A stretch of 56,083 nucleotides of DNA from Octopus bimaculoides (GCF_001194135.2 NC_068983.1:102385033-102441115), one strand, 5' to 3'. Positions 24,441 through 38,714 are shown, counted from the first letter of the stretch. Made by a program: numbers and translations. Notes: generated by a model not told the origin, from the letters alone.

Positions 24441-24896
24441 TTTATTATTATTATTATTTTATGTTTGACTTTTGTTTTGCATTTGTACAAGTTGGATCCA
24501 AATCTCACCCAGAGACCTCAAGAGACAACTAGTTAGAAGTTCATGTAAGTGTTATGCCTAGGGTACCATATATTTGAATTTGTACAGTGTTGTTCTAGAG
24601 AATGTTTAAGAAACCATAAGAAAATTATGTTTGTTTTAAAATTTGAGATCACATAGACAGTATTTTACGTAGGATATGGGCAGTTCCCATGAGCACTATC
24701 TTTTGAACTTCAGCCATTTTGGGGTTTCCTGGTATCTGAGCTAGGTAGTAATCAGCCCGGTTCGCTGTCATTCCCAGGGCACCTATGACAATAGGTATTG
24801 TTTTAGTCTTCAGATTCTACATTTTGCTAATTTCTATTTCAAGATCTTTATATTTGCTCAGTTTTTGGTATATTATTATGATTATGATTATGATTA
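24441..24896 (-). mobile_element. 3' end of RLE-type LINE with (TAA)n tail
   Basis: Minus translation QKLSKYKDLEIEISKM*NLKTKTIPIVIGALG...VQKIVLMGTAHILRKIL; 3' UTR ends in aataataataataa. Confidence 0.85.
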
Positions 24897-25909
24897 NNNN
24901 NNNNNNNNNNNNNNNNNNNNNNNNNNNNNNNNNNNNNNNNNNNNNNNNNNNNNNNNNNNNNNNNNNNNNNNNNNNNNNNNNNNNNNNNNNNNNNNNNNNN
25001 NNNNNNNNNNNNNNNNNNNNNNNNNNNNNNNNNNNNNNNNNNNNNNNNNNNNNNNNNNNNNNNNNNNNNNNNNNNNNNNNNNNNNNNNNNNNNNNNNNNN
25101 NNNNNNNNNNNNNNNNNNNNNNNNNNNNNNNNNNNNNNNNNNNNNNNNNNNNNNNNNNNNNNNNNNNNNNNNNNNNNNNNNNNNNNNNNNNNNNNNNNNN
25201 NNNNNNNNNNNNNNNNNNNNNNNNNNNNNNNNACATTTAAAACGTACAAATGTACAAATATATGAAAACATAGACACTGTTCGTATTTCCTCACTAGCAA
25301 CCAATCTAATGTTCGAACTGAATATTAAACAATATTTATTGCACTGCTTTCTACTCCAGCCCAGCTTTCTGGCAGGCTACTTACAATATTTTTTAATGGA
25401 TCTCCGTTAGTGATGACGATCAGCAATTGAGCAATCCAATTATTCGAGCAACTGAACAGCCAACTCACTGAATTCATACAGAATCAGAAAATGATGATGA
25501 TCATCATCGTTGTCGTCATCGTCGTCATCATCATCATCAACAACAACATCATCATTATTGTCATCATTGTTCAACATCCACTTTTCCATACTTGCATGGG
25601 TCAGAGAGAATTTGTTGAGGCAGATTTTCTTCCTGTCTCTAACCCTCACCTGTTTCCAAGCAAACTAACATTTCCCCATAGCTAGACGTTTTTCATGGAA
25701 GACTGGAAACAAACAATGCTGCCTGTATGATGAGGATGCAATCTATGATCGGAACAGAGAAAATATGCAAGACTTTCTTAAAGTTTGATACATAATAATT
25801 GTTGTTGTCATCCAAATTCCAGTTGTGTGTTTTGTTTCTTTGTTAGAAACCAATTCCTGCCTTCTTGGAAGAATACTGAGAAATACAAAATGTAATGACA
25901 TACATACAA

Positions 25910-25965
<56 letters not shown>

Positions 25966-26269
25966 TGATAACTCATGCAGGCTTTGTGGAATTAACACTG
26001 AAGATATCTTATCTCTTTGGTGTCAGCATTATCCTTCTGATAGATCACATTGTTCAGTGTCTTGGTTACAACATCATATCTCATCAGTAGATAATAACAT
26101 GATGACATTTAGGCCATCTATTTATGATCTGAATGATATATTCATCCACATTATGGTCAAGTTCCTGTTATTTTTTACTGTTTGTTTTTTTTAGATTCTT
26201 TTATTAATTAGTAGCTGCTCTATACAGCCTCACACCTCCTTCTTTCCTCTACCTTGCTCAGGTGTTATA

Positions 26270-26560
26270 ATGTTGGTGGCACAAGGATCCTGCAAGAACA
26301 GAGTGAAGCACCACCCAGTGTATAATTTGTTCAAGATGTCCTGGCAGGCTTTGGGGTGATCATTTTTAGCAAGGGTGGTATGGCTATTTTGGGGGATGAG
26401 AGGATTTGCACTTGATAACCAATGGGGTAGTTTTTGTATGTCCTTGATATTTTCTTCATACAATAGTATGAAATCTCACCAATAAAAGGTGAAATTTTTT
26501 AACCAATAACCTGTTATAAGGTCTGGGCCTGGAGATTTTCTGTTTACTCTGGAGAGTAAA
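26270..26560 (-). mobile_element. RLE-type LINE RT N-terminal fragment
   Basis: Minus translation RKSPGPDLITGYWLKNF...LPHWLSSANPLIPQN...KNDHPKACQDILNKLYT. Confidence 0.65.
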
Positions 26561-26631
26561 GAGAATATGGTCATCAGAACCCTCAGCTTACAACAAAACT
26601 ATTGCCCACAACACCTTTGCAGTGCCTGTCT

Positions 26632-26855
26632 TATACTCTTTTACTCTTTTACTTGTTTCAGTCATTTGACTGTGGCCATGCTGGAGCATCACCTTTTAGT
26701 CGAGCAAATCGACCCCAGGACTTATTTTTTGGAAGCCTAGTACTTATTCTATCAATCTCTTTTGCCAAACCGCTAAGTTATGGGGATGTAAACACACCAG
26801 CATCGGTTGTCAAGCGATGTTGGGGGGACAAACACAGACACAAACACACGCACAC

Positions 26856-26890
<35 letters not shown>

Positions 26891-27247
26891 TATATANNNN
26901 NNNNNNNNNNNNNNNNNNNNNNNNNNNNNNNNNNNNNNNNNNNNNNNNNNNNNNNNNNNNNNNNNNNNNNNNNNNNNNNNNNNNNNNNNNNNNNNNNNNN
27001 NNNNNNNNNNNNNNNNNNNNNNNNNNNNNNNNNNNNNNNNNNNNNNNNNNNNNNNNNNNNNNNNNNNTATACGTATATATATATATATATATACATATAT
27101 AAGATGGGCTTCTTTCAGTTTCCGTTTGCCAAATCCACTCACAAGACTTTGGTTAGCCCAAGGCTATAGTAGAAGACACTTGCCCAAGGTGCCACATGGT
27201 GGGAATGAACCCGGAACCATGTGGTTGGTAAGCAAGCTACTTACCAC
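26632..27247 (-). mobile_element. SINE family A spanning a gap
   Basis: Tail at 26632-26850 and head at 27105-27247 flank the internal microsatellite and gap. Confidence 0.85.
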
Positions 27248-27259
27248 AGAGGGTCAGAC

Positions 27260-28330
27260 TTACAAGCTGCTTGGTGTTACATGAAAATGTCAACATCAAT
27301 GGAGATGTAGAAGGCTATACTTCTCACATAAGGGTGGTAGCTGTGGTCTCAAGTCTGTATTGATATCATATGAAGCACATGTTGTGACACTGAAAGATCC
27401 GCAGCAGAGGGAAGAGACTGGTAACCATCTTACCCATGTTGTAACCATGAAATCACTAACATAATTAGGATAGCTAATGAATCTGGGGAGAGATATGAAA
27501 TAAGAGCTGATACAAATATTTCCCCAAAGAGCATTGGTAAAATCTGTTTATCAGAAGAACAAACTAAAAAAACGAACCAGTTCACTGAGAAGAAAATACT
27601 TTCATACTTGGCATGAAAAACACAAACCATAGAATGGGAATGATCGTATTAAAAGCTTGGAATAGAATACTGACAAGTTTATGATGTCCAACTTCAAAGG
27701 TTACAGCCATGCAATTCAAGAATAAGAAATCCCAACGAGTACCCACAACATAAAAGCAGGAAACATTGACAGAAAGCAAATGTAGACTGTACAAGACTGA
27801 GACTGAAAACATCAACCATATTATTGGCAACTGCAAGAGAATGTGGCATGATGCTTTGGCCAAAACAGTCTAGAACTAGATAATAAAAAAAGAAAATGCC
27901 TACAGATGAAGTTGACAATATTGAGACCAATGAGTCAAAATAATATCAGTGGAACTTAAAAATTAAAGCAGCCTCCTTGTTAAAAGACAACTGGTTAGAT
28001 ATTGTAGTGTGGGACCACAAGGAAATGATATGTTCTGTTGTGGAAATCAGCTATCCAGTGGACACCAATGTGCTTAGAAAAATACAAGAGAGAGAAGATA
28101 TCTATGGACCATTGGTAAGGAGTTTTCAAATCCAGTAACCAATATTCACTTTCATCTTTATACCTATTATTATGGGAGCAACAAGATACATACCGACCAG
28201 TCTGGAGCAAAGCATGATTGAACTTAGGATCTTGGGAAGAGAATGCAATCCTTAATTCATATGCTAAAAATGATCGCAATATCTGGGACTATAAATATCT
28301 GCAAGACTTTCTTAAGATCTATAGGATAAT
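27260..28330 (+). mobile_element. Degenerate 3' part of RLE-type LINE
   Basis: Remnants of zinc knuckle/RH motif and endonuclease (VVEISYPVDTN..IYGPLVRSFQ..FIFIPIIMGA..ISGTINICKTFL), similar to 2290-2940. Confidence 0.75.
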
Positions 28331-29157
28331 GACCAAAACAAGATGATTTCCTTCACAACCTTGCCACCTAAATTAAAAAGAGAAAGAGTACACCAACATG
28401 CATAGTTTGGTACCAATTTATTGAAAACATTTAATCTAACATACAATTGATTAAAAAGAGCTGCTTAAACAAAAAAATTGATTGAAGTAATGATTGATTG
28501 AATCAACAATTGTTTGAATTATTAGTCAATATTTGAAATATAGAAAATAGACTAGAGGAATATGGTTATACTATTATGTGTAACAAAATAATTTTTTATT
28601 AAAACATTATACAATACATGATTTCACATTATGGTCAGTTGAACATGTACATGTGTGTATGTGCATGTGTGCATGTGCACATGTACATGTGCATGTACAT
28701 GTGTGTGTATGTGTATGCATGCCTGTATGCATACATGTATGTGTGCATCAGTTCAAAGTATAAAAACACCAGTTTCTAAACAGTAAACTTACACATAACA
28801 GACACCCACACACATAGATAAACTTTACCTGCTTCTACAGTTTAATAAAAACAGGAATTATTTTGGTAAAACATGGCAATATAACCTTTATTTTAACAAT
28901 CACTATAGTTATTTTAATTTTTGCAATAATTTGATTAATTAGTGATTCAAGCAACTGTGTCTTCAATCAATTGCTTTCTCAGTCAACTGTTTCTGATAAG
29001 TTTTATTCCAATCAGTTATTTTCTCAGAACTCTCCATATATCTATACACATATGTGCATGGTGACCATTCTCCTCAGTTTTAAGTGTAACCACCTTCCAG
29101 TCTGGGTTAACGAAGATAATACATTATCAAACATTACTCGTGCATGAGTTTGTTTAA

Positions 29158-29377
29158 CCCTTTAGCATTTCAACTGGCCATATCCAGATCAAATATTCTA
29201 CCTGTTTTATATATTCAAACTGGCTAGATCTAACCTCTCTCACCTACCCTACAATGTCATTCTAAAAATATACAATCACATCATCAAAATTTTGAGGCTA
29301 TGAGATAATACATGATTAATTTAAAACAATGTGAATAAATAAGTACTACATTTGACAGTAACCTGAATGTCAAAGGG
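29158..29377. mobile_element. piggyBac-type MITE (TTAA target, CCCTTTAGCATT TIR), uninterrupted copy
   Basis: ttaa|ccctttagcatt...aatgtcaaaggg; same family as 46952-47487 and 47988-48511. Confidence 0.75.
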
Positions 29378-29399
29378 TCATAGGGAATTGAACTTGCAC

Positions 29400-29825
29400 T
29401 GCACACACACTCTTTTAGCAGCTGTCTGGCTTCCGTGCTGGTGGCACGTAAAAAGTACCATTTGAGCGTGATCGTTACCAGCGTTGCCTTACCGGCACTT
29501 GTGCCAGTGGCACGTGAAAAAACATTTGAGAGAGGTTGTTGCCAGTGCCACTGGACTGGCTCCTGTGCAGGTGGTATGTAAAAAATACCATTTGAGCATG
29601 GCTGTTGCCAGTGCTGCCTGACTGGCTCTTGTGCTGGTGGCACGTAAAAGCACCCACTACACACTCGGAGTGGTTGGCATTAGGAAGGGCATCCAGCTGT
29701 AGAAACTCTACCAGATCAGATTGGAGCCTGGTGCAGCCATCTGGTTCGCCAGTCCTCAGTCAAATTGTCCAACTCATGCTAGCATGGAAAGCAGACGTTA
29801 AACGATGATGATGATGATGATGACA
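29400..29825 (-). mobile_element. Dispersed repeat family C with internal subrepeats (tggcacgtaaaa..accatttgag)
   Basis: Family core plus several imperfect subrepeats; ends in (GAT)n. Confidence 0.8.
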
Positions 29826-31864
29826 AGGAATTTACAAAAGCACAAGAAGGTGAGACAACTGAACCACACTAAACTAAGATTTTACATCAGAATATCCATC
29901 TTCTTTCCATCCCTACCAAAAGAGGTTTGAACTAAAAGTTTTCCTTCTCTCAAATAGACAGACAAGGACTAAGGTATCCCACACTTCTCAAGTGCTCTTA
30001 CAACATGCTAAAAACAAAAGATCACCTATTTAGGGGACACAGTTTGTTACTGCTGCAAGTTTCAACTGACACAAATCCTACCAATACAGGAAAAATCACT
30101 TTCAAATCTCTCTCTTCAACTTAGGCCAGACAAGCAGAAGGAACACATACAGCAATAATTAAAACATTAATAGCCTCACTAACTCTAGACACCGTTCTGG
30201 GATGTATACATCCAACAGTAAGAATAGAGGAACAACTGTTACTCTATGAACAAGTTCACCTTGGCTGTCTCTGCTGCAGTCAACATGAGAATCTACAACT
30301 ATCCATCTATCATACTGTAACCTATACAATTTGTCACTGTACTGTCCTCAGCTAAGTGGAGACATGGTATAACTGGGAAGAAGGATCTGCTTCTATGTTA
30401 TGAGATTGTACAATCAGATCTGACTTAGGGAGTTACACAGCAACAGTATTCATCCACTGTATGAATCAATTAAAAATTCTCTCTATGTAGTTATTTAACA
30501 TGTTAGAAACAGCATTTTAAATCTCCTGCAAGTCACAACCTACCGTTTTAAAAACAAGCTACAAGGGATAATGCATTTCTAGATATATTAAGTATGAAAT
30601 AGATATCCTATGGCTAGAACATCTTTGATTGTAGGTCTATTTAGTTAGGTCTGATCTGAGGTTAAACATCACCACTATCATCATCAACGTCGTCGTCATC
30701 GTCGTCATTGTTGTTGTTGTTGTCATTGTAATTGCTGTTATCATCATCGTCATTGTCATCGTCGTCGTCATCATCATCATCATCATCATCACTATTGTCG
30801 ATGGGATACTGGGGATGACAATATGGGTGGCTATGGGAGAGGTTTTGGAAGACTTTGGGAGACAAAATGTTGCAGCTGAGATGGTGTACACATGTTACAA
30901 GGTGAGATTGTGTAGGAGACTGTGAGAAATACTGCATAAGTGAGTATTGGTGAGAGAGTGGTCAGGAGAATGAGAGAGTGTAGGGGAGGTGTGAGTGGGT
31001 GTGAGAAAGTCTGTGTAGGTGGCTGATGGTGTGAGTGAGAAAATGTCTGAGAAAGTTTGTGAGTTATGGTGTGGGTGGTTGTATTGGAGAAAATATTCAA
31101 GACTATGTCATTGTACAAGAGAGAAGAGGTAGGGTATGAGTGATATGATGAAGATGACAAAGAGTAAAAGTGGGTGGAAGAGAGAGAGAGAGATAGAAAG
31201 AGAGAGAGAGAAACAAAGAAAGATGTATAGTGTATATGAATGTTGGTGAGAAAAATAACTTTGGGAGACAGTTTCAAATGTTATTGAAAAACTGGATATA
31301 ACATTATCCCATCAATCTATCATCAATCTATAATGCTATTGGCAGACATAGAGACGGGGGAGAGGATACAACACTGTCAGACATTTCTGTGTTGTTAAAT
31401 ATCAGTTTATCGATGTATGAAATTTACTGTTTGGTGTCAGAGAGTGTCGGAAACACCTTCTCATCACAACATGTGTGCTGATGTAATTGTATGTTTACAA
31501 CCCACTTAGGATCAATACACATATTGGAGAAAATTCAGTATTCTTGGCTTTCAGTCAATATAGGAAATTTTTGTTTGAGGGCTGTTTTTTTTTTTTCTTC
31601 TTCTTTTACGTTGATTTAGCTTGGCAAATAATCCAGAATTTTTAACAGGAATTTAGTTTGTTGCCAAGAAATACAAATCCTCAAATATTTACTGAAACCA
31701 TCAGGAGTGGGTTAAATGTTTCTGTCTTTTTAATTTATGAGAATATCTTAACAAATTACAGTGTAGAATCCTTAAAGAAACATAATGATTTCAAACCTTA
31801 TTTTCACATCTATTGTTTTATGGGAAAACATGCACATTGTCTCTATATATCATTCAAGTGAAGT

Positions 31865-31989
<125 letters not shown>

Positions 31990-32239
31990 TAACTTATTGA
32001 GATATGGTTTTGTTGTCTGATTTTCTTCCTGATACTGATCCTTACTTGTGACTCAAGATATATTTTTATTCCACAGATCTTCACTTACCAAAGTGAGGGA
32101 AACCACTGGAGTATGAGACATGTTGCTTACAAAAATCCTCACCATTACTCAAATTGTGACACATAGAAACAAACAAACACACATACACACATGCATGTAT
32201 ATACAAATTTATAATATGATAGTATTGTTAAAGTACTTA

Positions 32240-32596
32240 GAAATCATCATCATTTAATGATTGATTTCCATTCTGGCATGCATTAGTTCAACAGGATCCA
32301 ATGAGCCAGAGAATTGTATCAAGTTCCAATGTCTGCATTAGAATGGCTTCTATTGCTGGATGCCCTTCCTTATGCCAACCACTTTACAAAGTCAGAGTGC
32401 TTTTTTAATGTGATGCCAACACTAGTGATGTCACCAAGGAACACACAAGACAAAAAAAGCCCCCTTGACTAGGTGAGGGTATTATTAAGAAAGCAGCAGT
32501 TTTATGTCAGTTGTTGAGAAGCTAAAGTGTGAGAGAGAGCTGGTGTAGGTGTCTTGCTATGAAGGAAATGAATGGCTATTGCATATTATATAAGGG

Positions 32597-32635
<39 letters not shown>

Positions 32636-32720
32636 GTAAGATGAGAGAAGCTGGAAAGAAAGATAAAATAAAGAGAGATAAAAATGGTGATAATGCGGTG
32701 TCAGAGCATATCCTCATGGT
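32240..32720 (+). mobile_element. Dispersed repeat family C, diverged
   Basis: ctggatgcccttccttatgccaaccacttt and actagtgatgtcaccaagg motifs. Confidence 0.55.
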
Positions 32721-33775
32721 ATAAGAAGGTGAACAGAAAAGAGAATAGCGACAGAAGATTGGGAAGATGGGTGAATAGATAAGTTCACAAGAGTATGAGA
32801 GGAGAGTAACACATGGTTAGAGATAGAGGTAAAGATGAATGTGGGGAATGGTCTAGGAAGCTGTATAGGAATGAACTGAAAGTGGGAAAGTATTAATGCT
32901 AGTGATTCTGCAATAAAGATGACTAAAACAATAAAGTAGAAAATCAAGGGCTTATATCTTTATTCTTATTTAGCTTTTAAACCAACAATATCCAGCCCAA
33001 ATGTTCTACCCATTTATGTTCAAATTGGCCAGATGTAGCTTCTCTTACCTACCCTACAATTTCATTCTAAAAATAAGCAATCATATTATCAAAATATCAA
33101 GGCTATGAGATAATCTATGATTAATTCAAAACAACATGGATAAATAAGCATTACATTTGACAGAGTAATCTGTGTGCTTTTAATCAGATTAATGCTCAAT
33201 CCAATATACAGGGTGAAATTTTTAGGATATTGACTGCTGATTCTTGCAGTTTGAAGAACCATGTTGAGGGCCCTTCATTCTAATGGCAATGGTGGATCAC
33301 ATAGAATGTAATAGAGTTAGAACTGAATTCAATAGTATGAGTGAAGCCTTGTAACATAGACACAGTAATTAGATGCCTACTATCTAAACAATGTTCAAGG
33401 AATGATGATTTAAACAAAACTCTGATTCTTTGGATTATAAATAGTTACTTCAAAATAAATGTCATTAACTGACGACTTATGCCTGTAAGTAGAGTTTCAT
33501 ACAGAAATCTTGTATTAAGGCAATACTTGGAGGCATCGTTGACTAGTGTCTGGAATTCAATACCATATGAAAACCTATATGTTAGATTCAGTGCATTGAT
33601 TCATTTTCTTTGCCACCTGAATGAAAGCTCTAAAGTGAAATGCTTCGAGAAGAAACAAAATTAATTCTCAGTTTCAACTGAATGTATTCAAGGAATAAAT
33701 ATTTCAGGATAATATATAATTTTGTACAAGTCATATCATACAATATAGAATTTTTCTTAGTCTTTTATTTGCCTA

Positions 33776-33877
<102 letters not shown>

Positions 33878-34309
33878 ACACACACACACACATATATATA
33901 TATACACATACACATATACATACATATATATTTTAAAGTTTTTGAAAAGATTACTTGATACAGTTACAATAATTAAAAAAGAAATTTTAAGGTTATTAAC
34001 TATTAAAAATATCTTTTATTTAACACAATGTCACTAACCTTTGTGGAATAAGTTTGTGTATTGTGCATATTTTATATCTAATGTGTATTTTGTGTGTAAG
34101 CACTTTTGTTTTTCAACTTTTCTTCAAACACACACATTCCAGGCTAATGCATATAGAAAAAATTATTTTTTTTGTAATGGTCTTAACTATTTCCATTTCA
34201 GTTTTAGATTAAGAATTTTTATAAAGTAATCTTCTGTTGTCTTTCAAAGTTGATCATTTTCATCTTTAATTTATAAATTGAAGGAAAACACTAATGATAC
34301 ATAAAGTCA

Positions 34310-35680
34310 AGAAAATATTGAACCAGTTGACCCAAAAGTAATCAACCTCTCACTGTGAAATCTTGTGGAAAATGAAATTAAACTTCTGAAATATGGATTA
34401 AAATTCATGCCGACTCCGAAACACAACATGACAGATCTTATAAAAGAGACTGAGAAATTTTGTAGGAAATTTCATCTATGGGAATTCTTCCAAAATAAGC
34501 ACAACAAAGATCTATCACTTGTTTATACAAGTGATGGATAAACAGGAATAAACACTCAGAGGAATATATAATGTGTCTAAAAAGATTTACAATCTCAAAA
34601 ATTTCAACAAACCATATAAAATCAAACATTACAAATGAAGAACAAAAAGGCATTGGAATGTCTACAGAAAGTCTCCTCTATAGTCATTAAAGAAGCTGAC
34701 AAAAGAAAAGCCATTTTTATAATGGGCAAGACCCATCGCAAGGAAATGGTCTTGAAACAACTATATGACCTACATTTCTAAAAGAAATTTGAAACCAATG
34801 CAGATAAATGAACAATAAGTTAAACTGGTAAATTAATTAGCAGATTCAAAAATGATTTAATGGAAAAGGAATTGGATTACTTCACAAATTATGAGGTAAA
34901 ATCAAGTAACTTTTATAGACTTTCAAAAATCTATAAATCTGAAGAAATCAATAACAGCTTAAAGGACCTCCATACACCACATGTAAAAGTTCTCAAACCG
35001 TCTAACCTAAAATTATGTTCAATTGTTGCAGAACCAGCAACCAGCACTAACAGATTAAGCAACTTGCTTGACATAACTTTGAAACCCTTGTGTAAAATGG
35101 TTCCTAGTTTCATCAGAGATGCTTGGGCTTCTTAAACTATAGTCTCAAAATAATAATGAGACAATCCTAGTTCATTTTGACACTACCAGTCTCAACACAA
35201 ATATCCTCCATGGATTAAGATTAGAAGCAGTAGAATTTTTAATAGACAAATACCCACAAAAATTTCAGGAGAGATTCTCAAAAGAATTTATACTTGAAAG
35301 ATTACAATTAGTACAGAAAAACAGCTACTTCTTTGACAACCAATATTATCTACAAATACAAGGCATGGCAATGGTGCTGAAAGTTGCACCAATGTTTGCA
35401 ACAGTTGTAATGGGGTACCTGGAAGAAAAAAATCCATACCTTATCCAGAATTACTTTTGATCATCATTTCCAAACCTATCTAATAGAGAACTGGAAAATA
35501 TTCTTGGATGACTACTTCATTTTTTGGGAAAAACGTCAGGTGGACCTTACAAGCTTCCTTAAATTAACAGCATTAAGGAATCAATCCAATTCACCATGGA
35601 AATGAATGAAAAGGAACTCTCTTTTTTATACACTCATAATTAAAGAAAATGAGACTGTTACAACTGATCTCTACTGCAAG
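34310..35680 (+). mobile_element. Penelope-like element remnant, N-terminal region and reverse transcriptase
   Basis: VINLSL..EIKLLKYGLKFMPTPK..FCRKFHLWEFF; IKEADK; FYRLSKIYK; LSNLLDITLKPL; FDTTSLNTNI; YYLQIQGMAMVLKVAPMFA; decayed FLDD; IQFTMEMNEKELSFL. Many stops. Confidence 0.85.
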
Positions 35681-36639
35681 AACATGTCTCAACTTTTACG
35701 AAGATAGACAAACACCTTAATATTATAATGTTGTAAATGTATAGACTGGAAGAATTACTTATCTCTTGTATTAGCATTCTACTGCAAAAGAAATCATTGG
35801 CATGCGGTCAGTTTGTTACTACAGCAGAATGCAAAACCTGTCTGCTTGCATACTTAGATTTGTCTGCTTATAAACTTAATTTTGGCTATCATTAGGTCCT
35901 GTCACAGTTGCTTTACCAGTCTTAAGAGAGGCCATTAAACTAAGAATATTTACTTGCATGCACTCTTATACATACATGTACATTCATCTATATGGTGTAT
36001 ACATACATACACATACAGGTGCACGTACATACATACATACGTACATACATACATAAATAGCATGAGAAGAAAACAAGAAGATTCACTCATGTACATCCTT
36101 ATACATATGTATTCTTTTATTTGGCACTAATGTACAATCATATGTATATGCATACATATATCTATCCAAATATACCCTCATATTTTGCTTTCATGAATGT
36201 ACATCTTTATATGCTATTCTACTAATCATCATCCAATTATGCTTTTATGTAAATCTTTTTTTCCTATTTATATCTATTCATTCAGAATTTTGAGTATATA
36301 CACAACAAAAGGAAAAATAATACTATGGTGTAACCTTATTGGGTTTGTTTATTGAGACCTATTTATTATTATATGTGACTGGAAATTGTGATATGTCTAT
36401 TCACATATAATAATGCTACTATGAAAATACATGCAGTATTCACTCTATAACTAGGTTTTCCAGGTTCATATATATATATATATATATATATACATATGTC
36501 ATTACACCATAGTAAATAGATCTTTTCTACAGTTGCTTCTCTTTTAACTAAGTAACTATACACACTTACAAAATATTATGAAATAACTTAAATTACTTAA
36601 ATTTGGTAAACACCAATATAGTCATACTAGTAATGAGAA

Positions 36640-37800
36640 TAAAAACCTATAATTACATTTTTGAGTTAATTAAGGATTGATATGATATTAAATACGACAT
36701 GTTTTTTCGAAATTGTTAATGATAACATCATTGCATAATATTATTTCTAGTGTTCTTCCCAGGCAAGGATTACATACGTTTTAGTATGCATTATATGTGT
36801 ATACATTTCGTATTACTGACTAAGTTGAGCTGTATTGTATCTTTTGGTGTTTGCGGTCACATATAAGGTCAGTGAGTGATGTACAATGTCTTTTGCAGCT
36901 GTTCCTAAATTATACTGAATAGTGCTTCCAACCATCACTTGTTGCACCTATATATGTATATACGTGGGCACTTGTTCTTACAGTACATCTGTATACAATG
37001 TTTCTATGTAAACACTCATTCACCAAGAGACATACTTTCTTATCTCTAAAATTGCATTTTTTTATATCATTATTTGCAACTTGTATTCATTTTTATATAT
37101 TTCTTCTTAGTAGCATTGTTGTAACTGTTAATATTTTTATATACATTACCATTATTCTCAGTGTTATTATTATTGGTGCTTATAACATTCTCATTGTTAC
37201 TCATACTATCTATGTTAAGGTTGATATTTCCACTTATATAAATATCATTTGGACTATTATGGTTATGCCCTCCACTATTCTGATTGTCCCTATTTGCTGG
37301 ACTGATGCTATTTCAGATAATATTTATAGAATTTGTGATTGCTAGATTCAGCTTCCTATTGTGAAGCTTATGAACATGGTATTCAAGGTTATTTGACATT
37401 GCAATAAACAGTTTCATCATATGTCTGTTAAAAATTTCATAGTATCGAATGGATTTAGGGAAATGCATATCTAATGTGAGAAAAAATGCTCTACGCTTTT
37501 AGATGCTACATGTAATTCAAACACTGGATTAAACCATAATATGCTACTTTATTAAACTTATTATTAGGTTTAGTGTAATTGTTATCATACTTGGTAGAGT
37601 TATGCAAATTAAAATTTAAGTAAGCTTTTCTATTCCTATTTCCAACGTCTTTCTTTCGATCTATATTTCTATTTGCATTTATTTTTATTCCACATTTTGA
37701 CTCAGATTTTAAGTTTTGGCCTTTCCCTTTCATGGTGCTAACCTTAAGATTTCCGTCCACTTTATGTTTGCTAACATACCTACCTCTATACATTTTCATT
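36640..37800 (-). mobile_element. Penelope-like element remnant, linker and GIY-YIG endonuclease
   Basis: Minus translation FFLTLDMHFPKSIRYYEIFNRH..., an Asn-rich spacer, then KKCNFRDKKVCLLVNECLHRNIVYRCTV..TYIGATS (about 36920-37060), i.e. Cys-rich linker plus GIY-YIG motifs. Confidence 0.8.
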
Positions 37801-38311
37801 TATTCATTACTTTCATTTTTATACTGATTAGCTATACTATTGTTAGATGTATATTTAATTTTTTCATTATATCCAGCATTGGCCAATGTTGTATCCTGAT
37901 ACTCTGCCTTAAAGCAATATTTGTATCTCTTTGTACTTCCATATTGTCCTTTGTTGATGGAATGCTAAAAATAGCATAAGAGTATAAAATAAAAGATGAT
38001 CCAACAGTGCTCTTGACCTTACTCATCTGAAGATGTGCAGGTACACAGGTATTGTTGAATCATATTAATGCAATAATGTGTATAATATGTGTAACAGTCA
38101 GCAATTACCAGCTGATACTGATGTACTAAAGCAATTGTAGTGATTTGGAATAAAATCTTTTCATTCTATTCTCTTTTATTAAAATTCTTTGTGTGTAAAT
38201 TCTGTGGATATTAACAAATTTCTACATGTATATCCAGTGAAAGGGGAAGTTTTACTGTATGATAGTATGTGGTAGCCGATACCTGTATGTGAACTTTGGA
38301 TAACATGCAGT

Positions 38312-38377
38312 AATTGGAGAGGAACCGACCTGTCTTTTTAACATATGTTAAAAAGACAGGTTGGTTCCTCTTCAATT
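38312..38377. repeat. 66-bp near-perfect palindrome with no spacer
   Basis: aattggagaggaaccgacctgtctttttaacat|atgttaaaaagacaggttggttcctcttcaatt; 31/33 arm match. Confidence 0.9.
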
Positions 38378-38714
38378 TTTTGTAAATTCTTAAATATATC
38401 TCCTTCTGTGTATATATATATATATATACTACCAAACAAACATGATTTTTTATTGAACTCCTAATACCTTTTGTTGAATATTCTCCTTTAAACTGTTTTT
38501 AACATTTTCTTATTATTATCAAAGATTGTATATATGTATCTTAATACTTTTGTAACAACCAGTACTTAACACAACAAAGCTTATAAAAAACTTTACATTT
38601 TACTTTTGACAATCTTTTCCTTAAAACGGGAAACCGGTTAAGTGAATAAACATCTTTAAAATTGCATTTTCAAACCTTCTTTCATATATATTTCCACTCG
38701 TGCGGTATCTTATA

